DNA of 64,000 nt from Phoronis australis (taxonomy: Eukaryota; Animalia; Phoronida), in contig NMRA01000198.1 of assembly GCA_002633005.1 (NCBI GenBank), forward strand, positions 373,282-437,281. Direction: 5' to 3'. The notes below the pieces were generated by a model. That model had not been told where the DNA came from and did no database searches. It was given only the letters and a program-made list of their open reading frames with translations. Positions 49,140-61,277 of the stretch are shown in pieces (positions within the stretch are counted from its first letter, which is position 1; every line of letters begins with the position of its first letter). Made by a program: the position numbers and the translations under genes.

Positions 49140-51295
49140 TTATTTATTTCGACTCATTGTGTATTACCGTAGCAGAGTGTAATATTACTGAAGTTGTTAA
49201 AACATCAAATGGAAAAATGTTAAGGAGATAAAGCAACCAGAGTTCTACATTTTGAAAAACGGCAACTCTTTTAAAACGAGATGAAACAAGACTGTTCCTG
49301 TTTTAAGAATATACATATATTTTAGTATTCAGCACAATTGATATATTGTGTATCACACTGGGATACTCCCAGTTGAAAGAGTTTTCTTGAAACCTTCACC
49401 CAAATACATGGTGCTCTGGCCCACACAAAGCTTTCTGTTAAAAAACGACACTATTGATTCTTGAATTTCTGTACATTTACGTGAATTAGATTATCCAAGA
49501 GATATGTCATTACATGAGCATTTTTCAGAACTTGAGAACTGAACCATGATGCAATGCATTCTAAATGAACAGAAATCACAACAAATCCTCGCCCATGGAA
49601 TGTTTTAGAACAAATTGTAATACAGTGGAAACATTACTGACCACTTCAAACATCACACTTCTGGGTATTCAGGGCAAATCTGTAACATTTTGGCTATTTT
49701 TCAGGCATCTATGAACAGCAGTTATTCGATATACAAAAGCAACATAAAATCAAACCACAGAATACCTCAAAGTTGGAAATAATGCACCAAGAAAATTTTA
49801 AGAAACTGTAAGAAGGGAACTTAAATAGTAATTTCTAAAGCTCAGGAATGTTACAATGCCTTCACAAAATGACTTAACCAAATAAACAATAACAAAAACG
49901 TGTCAACATACTTTTATATCAAGACCATTCAGAACGTCACCTGTCTCGTAACAAAACCAACATCAAAGAAATATGACGTATGGTTTCAATAGCTCAGGAA
50001 TGCTTATGCCTCTCCACAAAGTATTCATTATAACCAATATCAGGAAGTCATTGGTAATGACTGATATATTTCTACATTTAGCATTGGCATAGATTTTGAC
50101 CTCGTAGGTTTTTGGTGGCAATTCTGACCACAGAAAAAATACCCCATAAAACAATAGTCGGGACATACTGGCAGCAGAGCAAAAACAACCAAAAGCAATG
50201 GCTAGGATTGGAAGTGGTGGAAAATAGCCAACAGTCCACTCCAAGTTTAAAAAATAATTGTAAGCGGTCTGATACACGTTGTACCAGACGTGCACAGGCC
50301 GCGCATGTGGGCCCATTGCACTGATCACCTGGAACCATTTTTATGCTTTATTAATATTTAGTTAAAACCGAGCTGAGAAGCTCAAAACCTGACTCAAGGG
50401 TTTTGCAGTGTGACAAGTTCATGTGAGATTACACAGTAACACCCCAAAATACCAAAGCACCACTATTCTGTGGTATCTACCCATAATGCAATGCACCTGT
50501 AAGGCTTTTTTCACACTGACATTGACATTGACAGCTGGAGTTCACTTTGTACATCAAACTGACTGCATCACTCATCACTCTAATGCCAATTCAATTTAAC
50601 TGCTAGACCATGAATTGCTATGCCGACATAAAATTTAATAAGCTGTGTGTGTGGGATGGAGGTGGAGGGAATGTTATGTTGTTCTCTACCTCTTCAACAC
50701 AACCAAGAAGTGTGTTGGTGGCTTTAACTAAATTACTTGTACATTTACTGACAATTATATTCCACATTCAAATTCAAGGCTATCAAAATTAAAATAAAAT
50801 TTATACTGATTCAGTTTTAAAAACGTACGCAAAAACAAAATGATCCCTGATTACGATCTCTTGAATACCGATTCAATGAAACCTCTCACGAACAGTAAAC
50901 TCACAGAAGTTGGATTGTTTCCTTAACTCTGACAAAGTTCTGTAGTACGACAGTTCTAGTTCCTACACTTGGCCCTTCACATGAAGTCAGATTTTGCCTT
51001 ACTCAAGACTTTATCCGAAAATTATTATCAAAAATAATAAAATAAAGTGAAATAAAATCTCCCAGTTCAACTAGATTTGAATTATGTGATGTTTACTGCA
51101 AATAATCGTTCTAAGTACATTCACTTCTCAGTCTCCGTGTTCATTCCAGAACATTTCTTCACGAGCTTAACATACTTAATCCAAAAATCCATGCAAAGTT
51201 CCATACACTAGAGGGCGGTACAAGTGCCTACATATATTCATCAAGTCTCCAAGCTATGAAAGCATGGAAATTTTGAGACATCCAGTTGAGAAAAC

Positions 51296-51688
51296 AGATC
51301 ACGTTTGAGTCTAATGCGGGAATTAAAACTTACAAAAATTAGCGACGTTGCGTCCACATCTCACTTGTGCGCTACTGGACATGATTTCAATACGAATGAT
51401 GTCACTATCTTAGACTGTGAGGAAGACTTGTTCAAAAGGGGTGTAAAGGAAGCTCTCCATGAGCGAATTGAGAGTCCATCTTTACATAAAAGAGACGGTT
51501 TACGATTCGATTTGTCACACCTATGAGTTTGTGTACTGACGTCAATGCCGCGCCGTTTAGCCAAAATGCCACCAATTGGCTAAAATAACGATAACGTCAC
51601 AAGCCAAGCTGAAGCCCGTGAGATGCGGATGCAACGTCGCTAATTTTTGTAAGTTTTAATTCCAGTATTAGACTCAAACTTGATCTGT
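51296..51688 (+). mobile_element. Penelope-like element fragment (GIY-YIG endonuclease tail) enclosed by ~70-bp inverted repeats
   Basis: Peptide SHLCATGHDFNTNDVTILDCEEDLFKRGVKEALHERIESPSLHKRDGLRFDLS is typical of PLE C-termini. 51296-51364 is the approximate reverse complement of 51618-51687. Confidence 0.8.
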
Positions 51689-52482
51689 CTCCAAGCTACG
51701 TTAAGTAGAAGTCTTTCACCGTCTTTTGACAAAATCTTTTTACCTCTAACTGGGTTGTAATTCTGAAATACGGCTGTGGCAAATTGCTTGGGAATCAATT
51801 GACTGCTCATCTCAGGGCTAGTCGTATGGAAGATATCATTAGGAGTTATATTCGTCAACTGCCTAGTTGTAACGTATGAAGGTCTACTAGTGGGTCACAG
51901 TCGAACTTTGTGATTTGCAACTAGCCAAGTTGAGGTTGTCAGCAAAGCACGAGCCTTAATCAATCCTGCTATCAAACAAAAACTAGGAATAAAAATGAGT
52001 TAGGTGACGATTCACAGCCAAGTTCACTGTTCTGTTGTCGTAAATCTCAGGCCAATCACTCCGACAAGTTGGTTTTAAGTCCGGCTGAGACTATTAATAT
52101 CATTGATAAAGTTACTGACACCAATTTGTGTTTTTTAAAATGGATAATGGTAAGAACACCGTTTTCCAGTATTTAGTGTTTTTTATCACAAATACTTCTT
52201 GCATCACACAATTAATTATCATGGTGACATATAATAATATTAGCATGAAATAATCCATGGAATCTATTTTGTTCTGCAGCAGGGCCACTTGGCCCAAAAA
52301 ATGGAAATTCTTGAATGAACACAGCACCCTCAAAGTAAAAACATTTAAATATTACTGTGAGGTGTGAATAACACTGAGCAACAACACCCCAGTCTAAACC
52401 TGACACAAAAATATTTGTCTAAAATTCTCTAATCAATAGCAGATTCAAATTCTTAAAACTAAACTAAAATGAAACTACGTCG

Positions 52483-52606
52483 TTAACGCGTGAGTGTTAG
52501 AAACTCCTCCCTTGTCTTTGGATCTTCTCGGAAGACTCCCAGCATTGTACTCGTTGTCGTCTTGGCGCTGACCTTTTGAACTCCGCGCATTACCATGCAC
52601 ATATGT
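52483..52606 (-). CDS. GCH1: GTP cyclohydrolase I, last coding exon ([40 protein letters not shown])
   Basis: Minus strand cctttttgcag|A, 124 nt including [14 protein letters not shown] and [19 protein letters not shown] are GCH1 signatures. Confidence 0.97.
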
Positions 52607-53932
52607 CTGCAAAAAGGAACAGCCCGTGTTAATTACCTAAATCTAATAAACAAATAACTTAAAGCGGCCCTATACACCCACCTTCCGTCTCAAAGCTAAT
52701 CTCGATTTAGACCCCTTAACATATTGAACAGTTTGATTGTTGAGATGTAACAAGCTGTGAACTGCTTTCCTTAAAACATAAAAGCAACATGCCATGCCAC
52801 AGAGATGGCTGAATAGCATCAACTTCAAACTTTAGCTGGAGTAAAACAAGTTTGAATATTGTGGCAATTACATTTGTCAGATTTAGAATTCAATACCACT
52901 TCATGATTCATGTAATCAGTCATATTTCCGTTAAATATTTGTGCACTGACTTTTCTTTGCTAGGACTCTCGTTATACTGACGAGCCTTTTTCATAAATAC
53001 AAACACTACCAATGAATCTGGTAAGACACGACAATTTATGTAAAGCCATACAGCTCTTTGAGTGTATAAAATAATGATAACAAGAAGAACAGTTAATCTG
53101 TACCCCTTGAGGACAGCAGTACGAGCTAAAAGTAACAGGACAAGATACTGTTTCCCAGTCACGGCCACTAATTTGGCTTACAAAGCTGAAATGACCAATC
53201 ACTGCTAGTAATTTCAACAAAGTCCTAACTAGTCTAGAATTATGTTTTTACCTTCTCAAGCTTCTGGTGAACTAGTTATTTCTGATCATGATAGAATGGT
53301 ATGTAAACATGATGGCCAGTGACATAGAGTACAGTGGCTGGTGGGTACAGGGGACATGCCACTGAAATGGTAACTGCAGTTTTCATAATTTTGATATAAG
53401 GAGTGGTCATACTTATTAACCGCACTGTGCATATAAATATGATACATATTCTGCACATTTGAAGCTTTGATATTCCAAGTGGTTAGCAATTTTCATTTTT
53501 GGATGCCAATTTGGTGGCGCCCTTTCTGAAATATAGGACTGTGCACCACCGGCATGACGGCAGAATCTGTTTGTGCTCAGCTGTAAATTTACAGTCAATT
53601 AGTCAAATTTCTTTGACGTATTCTGAATCAACAGAGAAATCATATCCTTCTCACCTTCAGGAACAGGGAGTAAAAACCACCAATAAATTTTTGATCAACA
53701 GAGCACACATGATGATAACACTTGACTACAAAATTTATTTTCGGAAGGTCCCATTTGTCACTAGCAGACCGTGACAGCACCTATGGCATGATTATGGTAA
53801 AAACTATTTAGCATAAAACATTTCAGCCAGTTGTCTCACTGATAAAGATTGCCCATCAAAGAACAGACCCGAACCTCGGAATATTTTCGAAAAACATCAT
53901 TTTCAGGCAGAAGCACCGTATTTCATACTTAC

Positions 53933-54017
53933 GTGGCCTCAATCACCACGGCAACCCCAGCTGGCTGCACTGCTTCAGTCAAAGCCAATGCAATCTGCTT
54001 GGTGAGACGCTCTTGAA
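53933..54017 (-). CDS. GCH1: GTP cyclohydrolase I exon ([29 protein letters not shown])
   Basis: Minus strand gttaccag|TT ... AC|gtaagt; 85 nt, phase 1-2; QERLT.QIA motif. Confidence 0.97.
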
Positions 54018-55989
54018 CTGGTAACAAAGTAATAACAAAGAGTTAACTTGAGCAACATTACAATACTGTAAAATGTAACCAGTTTTGAACAAAAATAATT
54101 GCCAAAATTGATCTTTCATTTTTCAATGACTTTTAATGTTGTTGATAACGCCCAAAAACATTGTCAGCTATGGTATAGATCAAACAATTATTTGGTGCTA
54201 TTTATCTTTTACGAATAGTGTGAAAAACACGTTTCACCTGTTTACCTGCAAAACTGTCAAAATTTTACCGTACAGCACCACATTCATGAGTATAACCCCA
54301 CCTATGGGTACAGGCCCAACCCCAAATTTAGCTCACTTTAATTTAAGTCACGGATCCACTAAAAAGCTTTGAAGTCTTCGGGTACTTTAAAACACCAGAC
54401 ACTATTGCACTCGACTACGATAACTAAATTAGTGTTTTATATGTACATGTGCATGCACGGATATGCATAGTTATTACAGTGGACTAGAGCGTCTATATGG
54501 TTAGCAGAAACTTAAGGGCTCCAATCCCAGTCGGGACAGAGACATTTCACATTTAATTATAGGTCATGCGATGTGACCTAAATATGCCGTGTATAAGACC
54601 ATTGATTCTTACTTATTATTATTACAGCATTTGCTCTAAATTGCATCTTTTGCCCATTTAATTAAGTATACTAAAGAATATGAATACTGAGATTGCTACA
54701 AGTTCTCCAATTCAGAGCTTGTGTCTATCATGGAGCAAAATAAAACAAAATAAAATAAAATAAAATAAAATTTCACTTGTCAGTCATATTACGTCTTGGT
54801 GCAGTTTTACCGTGAATGAAAAATATAGGTTTCAGGACATTTTTTTTCTTTAAAATTAAAGTCATTTTTGATATTCAAAAGGTTATAGTTTGATAATCAT
54901 TCAAAATACTATTAATTGAAAATTGCTAAAGAAAAGTATGTGCAAATCTTGTTGATTGAAAGAAGATGGAACTACATAAAATGGGTCTTATGGCTTTAAG
55001 CATGATGAACATTGAGATTTACTATTTTGAACAGTGACATTGTATGTATGTATGTGTACACATTTAGTGCAATTTGCAATACAGCGGGACAGTCTTATCA
55101 TGGACGACAGCCCTTGACGATATGAAAATTGGCAGGTTGTTATTTGCGACTTGGACAAAATCCCAGGCCGTACTTCCAGAAACCAGGACGCATTTACAGG
55201 TTCTAGATTGTCACATGTTGTGGTTTAAAAAAATAAAAGCCCAACAAGAATTAAATGTTTGCTCACATTTGATTTGGCGATAGTACGTTAATTGATTCTG
55301 TTCAGGTATTTTAAAATATTCGGCAGATGAGATTCAGACGAATTGCCGATATTTGAATCGATTATAGAGGGAAGCGTATTGAACTTGATCCGCATGAGTT
55401 GGAATTCCCATGTCGCACCTGCGGAACTAATGCGAGTTGGACAAAGCCCAGAAACTCAGTCCATTTCACGACACCTTATACTTTGTCAATAGATTTGTAC
55501 AGTTCTCACTGCTGCTGTCAAGATGCCGGCTTATCAGGAAATTTGATCTAAGGTTTTGTAGAATGGAGTAGAGCAACTATCGCCATGGTTTCAAGGCCAA
55601 AATAAATTGATATATCGTGGACTAAAACTGGTGATCTTTGGAACTGTTTGGCTTCTGAAATTGAATTCCTCTAAAAAGTTAAAATAAGATCAGTTTTACC
55701 CTAAGAAATACAATAAAAATAAGAAGACATAGATGCAATAGGTCTTGGTTCTCTGGTACCTGTTGATGAATGGTGGTAGATAATTGACCTGCGACTAGTG
55801 ACACCAGACAAAAGAGCACTGGTCACTAAGCAACGGACTAGAATATCTGAACTAACCTCAATTTGGAAACTGCTGGAGCTGAAACCAAATGGAACTTGTT
55901 CGCAATATCAGGTCGCATTTGCCATGTCTAGCCTTGGAAGCTCAATTTCACTATAAAACAGCACGGTATTACTTTTGAAAATTAATTAC

Positions 55990-56077
55990 CTTGTAATCTT
56001 CTACTATACATCTCTACTATCCTGGCCAGTTTGCTGAGACCAACGACTCTCTTGTTTGGAAGATATCCAATGTGCAC
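55990..56077 (-). CDS. GCH1: GTP cyclohydrolase I exon ([29 protein letters not shown])
   Basis: Minus strand ttccatcag|GTG ... CAAG|gtaatt; 88 nt, phase 0-1; [15 protein letters not shown] motif. Confidence 0.97.
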
Positions 56078-56960
56078 CTGATGGAAGAAGAATTGAAGTT
56101 TTTATTTGAAAATGATCTCACAAACTTCTGTAAATAAGCAGGACCTCAGGTTTGTCCAAAGGCGTAATCTCTTGAAAGTACTCAAATAAGCACATACAGG
56201 CTATTATTTTTATACCAAGCTTGAATTTAAGAGGTACGCAGGTATATTAACTTAGGAAAAACAAGATATTCCAAAAAGCGTTCATTTACTGAAGATAAGC
56301 AAGTAATCAAAAACTCTATCAGGCCTAAGAGAAATGAAATTTTCATTGAGAAACATTTAAATAAGGTTAGTCCAAAAATTGTTTTGTTATGAACGGACTT
56401 ATCAAAATGCAAAAAATTGACTTAAATGGTTTAATAAAGACTATAACTCTAAGCAACTGGTTAGAAACAAATTTACAAAATCCTTTATCTTCAGGACATA
56501 CTCACCATTACTTGTCAAAACTACTAATATTTCATCACTGACTTAAGAGTTGAGATTTCACTACATGAGCTTGCTCACAGCACTGACCATTACTCAGGAT
56601 TATAAGGTCCACTTCAAGGGTCAAAGTTCACCCTCAATGTATTCAAGCACGATGCTCCACCATGTTTGAAATGTTTTGCACCATGTTTCAAAAGCTTTGA
56701 GACATGTTTGAAATCTTGAGCCATGATAGTACGAATCTGTCTGCTTTGAAGCCAAATGATTGAAATTGTGTTCCAAAGTAGTGCATTTTTCAGTACTTAG
56801 CACTAAAAACGACAGTGTCATCTTCAGTAAGTGAAAACAGTGTGTAACTATAGTTGTTTTCATTAATTAACGAAAAGAAAGACAACTATGTGAGAACATG
56901 ACACACAATTTACACCTTGTTCGGGGGTATTGTTTACCTAGGGAAACCAGTGGTACGTAC

Positions 56961-57070
56961 TTTGCCAATAAATGGAACCAAATGATGTTCGCACATAGAG
57001 AACATTTCGATATCACGGACAATAACCATCTCGTCGTGGTCTTCATCGAATATGGCATCATTCAAGATAT
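56961..57070 (-). CDS. GCH1: GTP cyclohydrolase I exon ([36 protein letters not shown])
   Basis: Minus strand ctttttcag|AT ... AAA|gtacgt; 110 nt, phase 1-0; zinc-binding CEHH motif. The upstream exon was not found in 57071-64000. Confidence 0.97.
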
Positions 57071-60000
57071 CTGAAAAAGTCAAAAATAAAATTGATTTAG
57101 TGGTTCAAATTGTAATCACAGAACGACACTGTTATACCACAAGGCATACAGGAACTATTTTCCCAGTCCAGGTTTTAGCTAAGATGGTCATACGTATACA
57201 ATTTAAATTTGCGCACAATTCATTAACAATACTCGTGAAGGTCTTTGTTAGTCTCAAATTATCAATTTTTCTTTAGTTGTAACGTTTTCACGCTCTTAAA
57301 AAACACAGCACCATCATGCTTACGGCCATCTTGAGACTAGACTTATGACTTTCGATAAAACTGGTCCCTAGAGTCATTATTTTAAAGCATGTGCTATGTC
57401 ATAAGATTTGATGTGATTAAAATCAAATCACGTCATAGTTACTTAGAACTGTTTCAGACATTCTATAAAAAAATAAAAATACATGCAATATGAGTAACGT
57501 TGACATGTGCCCGATTTGTGAACCCTGAAGATCAATCATAAGTTATCATACTCAACTGGATTCATGCCTAGAATACTTAAATTGGGCAACTAAAAAATCA
57601 GTAGGTGGCGTTAAGGCGAGTACGGATGTCTAAAACCAAAATTTTTGAGGGTGGACCCCAGGTCTCTGTTTAGATGGTGTTCAGGCTGTCTAAATGGACA
57701 TAACCAAACTTGGACATATTTGGATGCCCAAGAACAATAAGCAAGCAACCATTGGTGTCACTTTTTACATGCAAACAGCAACTCTGAGAGTGCATTAGCC
57801 CCTCATGAATAATAAAGTTAGTCAAGATATGATGCGAGATACAATAAACTTTATCACAGACCCATATGTCTCTACCTTAAAATGCTACTTGGCAACACTG
57901 AGTGCAGGATGTGAATATTTGCGGAACTCACGTTTTATACCATTAGCTGGTACAGAAATAACTAAGCCATGAGTGAATCACTCATTTGCATTCTGAAACT
58001 CAAGCTCTGTGTATGGTTCTATATCATTTGCTCACACAGAAATAGCTTGTTCTGGCTGGGAACACGGTGTATAGATTACTTACATTAAAATATTGACTTA
58101 TTCCAAGGCAAAAATTATGTTTAAGAAATGTAAGTGCATACTGACTTGTTACCAATGAGCTGTCAATTAAGCTCTGTCCCACCCCAGCCAGTCAGCATGG
58201 CTGAGATCCAGAGTGCATTATTTTCCAAGAAATTGGATTATATTCAAGAGTGGGGAAAAGGATTTCACCCCTCTTATTATGTTTATGATGTCGCTCTGAC
58301 TTTAGCATTTAGAACATGCCCATGCAACATCAACATTACAATGGTAAATGTCCACCAACTTCGCACAAAAATAATAATCAAAATGGTCGTTTTTGCCATT
58401 TTTCAAAGGCTGATTACATTGTTGCAAATAAGAGAAATTTAACAAAATGTTGTTTTATATCTGCACACTAACAAACCATGCTGATAAAAGACTAAAATGT
58501 TCTTAATCTCAACTTTTGTCGAAAAATGTGTTGTCGGTACGCTGTTGGCATCAACATGGAATGGAAAGTAAAAAAATAATTATTGTGATGAGGTGATAAG
58601 GTGATCAATTTGTGCCCTTATTGATGAAGCCAGCCTTCATTACTAAGTTACGAGGACTCATTTTTGGGACCAATCATGAGCAAGAATAGAATGGAGCCGT
58701 TTAACCTCTGGGAAGGTATGGCATATGTAGATTGCCTCACTATGTCAGAGAGCAATGTAAACATTATTTTATGCGTTGACCCAATGGCTATGAAACCACC
58801 AGCATTCTGTTCTCCCTGTGAACACTTCACATCTTGCAAATGGTTTTTTGACGCTTACGACCTGGTTAATATGAACAGTACTGGTATGGCCACCAAGAAA
58901 CTGTGGTACAGAAGAAATTTAACATAGCAACAATGTGACCACTGCTAGATAAAAAATTACGATGCACAACTAAATTTCACATGCCAGGAACATGTGACTA
59001 CAAAAAATTTGATGGCAGCATTCACTTGAAGCAAGATGGCAGAGGCAGATGACGAATGTGCGAGTGGCGATCTGAGCTGTAGTGTGTCTATAATAGTCAA
59101 CCATCCACATCTCACTTTGAGGGGCACATGCTGCTGGATGGCTGCATGCTCCTGAATGGTCATGTGCTCCTTGCATGGTTGATTATATAGCTGACACGAT
59201 TTGGTACTAGTGACATGGTACAAAATATTTTTGAAGAGTTTTTTGTATGAGTATAAAAAGTCCTACTGCATGTGTTAGTCCAATATGAGGTGAAAATGCT
59301 CGTTTTGAATCATTATTTGTTTAGTCCCAAAACCAGAGTGAAAATAATGTTTTGGCTTTCCCACTTTGGCTTTCTATAGTTTTGAGGCCTAGGTATGTCC
59401 GTGGCATAACTTGGAGGACAGACGCCCCCAGATAGACATTTACGACCGGATCCACTGCGATGGCCAGAGGTCGCACTAGCCCGACAAGTCACGCGTGAAC
59501 GCCGTGGAGGAGCATTATGATATTACAAAATCATGGCCAGATTGGAATACAAAACTGAAGAAAGTGAAATCCACAAGCATTGAATTTTGAAAACAATACC
59601 AAAGCATTTTAGTTTAAAACTGTTCACTATTCACTTATATTTGAACTCCAATTCTGCTATTTTAAACCCTTACTCAACTGCATTTCATTTGCCGTAAAAC
59701 ATAATATATAAATTTTGACTGTACTTCAACTGTTGTCCTACCATATTTCAACCAAAATTCAAATGTTAAAATTGCCCTTGGGACAGTCTTCATGGTATTC
59801 CACGGTAAAATACCAATGTAGGCCATAATATGGCCGACAGCTGAAATTTTACTTCCTCAATTTATTCATACAAGATATACAGCATTATTTGATGTTTTAC
59901 AATGATCAGTTGCATGATATCTGCCATCACACAAAATTTTGAAAACTTCTGGCCACTCACAATAATGTAAAGATTTTGAAAAATAAGAAAATGGCAATTT

Positions 60001-61207
60001 TGGCAAAAGTTTTTGTTTGAAATTTGTGTGATTTTAACGTAATCTTGCGAACAGACCTTAGAAAAACATTTTTTTAAAATTAATTTTTAGAGTCAATCTA
60101 CCATTCAGTTTTCTGGTCTGTTTCATTCTTTGTATTAAACTACATAAGAACCCTAATGGGAGAGCCAGCTTTGCTGAACTATTGTTGGACTGTGAAGATT
60201 AATCTTATTTGCCATACAACTGCAATCATTCCAATTCAATAAATTCAAAAATATAAAATAAATTTAAGATCAGCACTACAGAGCGGCGAAAGCTTTAATG
60301 AGAGTAATCCCTTTTTTTCTTAAATTCATACTTTTTATTGACTAATTCTTAACAGTAAGTGGCATGAGTGACAATTTGTTTTTTGAAAGGGGCGAGTTTG
60401 TCGCCCCTTTAAGTATCACCTCACCACAATCTAAGAATATTCTTAAACCCTATCCACACACTATCACATACGGCTTTGCAACAAACGAACGTTAATGACT
60501 TATCATAATGTATAGAGAGATGTTTTGACTCCACCTTTGGAGCTGAAAATCCATATATGACTAGTTCATTGAAATAAAGCAAGATTGTCCGATTTTGTAT
60601 TGATTTTCATACACCACATTTGGACAACTGTCCTCACACTCCACTTGCTTTTTATGAAGTTGATACAAAGTCACAAATTGTACTTGAACTTGAAATCCCA
60701 CTTGATCTTAAGATCACGTATGCATGAACTTGGAATACTTAAGTAAGTTCACTTAAATAATCATGTTCACATTGAAAAAATTTGCATTGCAAACCACAGA
60801 TGTAAATTTCAACCAACGTTGATTGGCTTTTTCAACCATTGGCGTTCTTAAAATCACCAAACAATAATTCATTAATCATTCACAAATCCTCTGATTTAGC
60901 GAAACAAATTTCGAAAAGGAGAAAATGAGTGACTGTTGGGCCAACAATAACAAAAATTCGTTATACTGAACAAGTTTCACCTGGTTCCTATAACGAAAAT
61001 GTAATTTCACGTTCACGCAAAACCAATCTTGAAATTAATCGTAATTTCATAAAAAAGCGCAATGCACATAAAATCAGTGAGTAGACGGGGCTTTGCTATT
61101 CAGTAATGTCACCAGGCAGTCCAGAAACATGTGTACAAATGTTACAGCTCTCATTTCCATGCAAGTAGTTTCAGTGACATTAGAGGGTAAACTTATTTTC
61201 TGACATC

Positions 61208-61277
61208 ACCCCCAGCGTGATTCGAACTGGGAACGTTCTCGCTTGCAGCAAAACGTTATGCTGAGCTAAATCTCCCT
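61208..61277 (-). mobile_element. tRNA-derived SINE head or tRNA relic
   Basis: The minus strand reads GGGAGATTTAGCTCAG (A-box-like) ... CCCAGTTCGAATC (B box). The D and anticodon arms are degenerate. Confidence 0.5.

Noticed and set aside
48598-49231. Several long ORFs
   Set aside because: They are open only because they run through an N gap inside a repeat.
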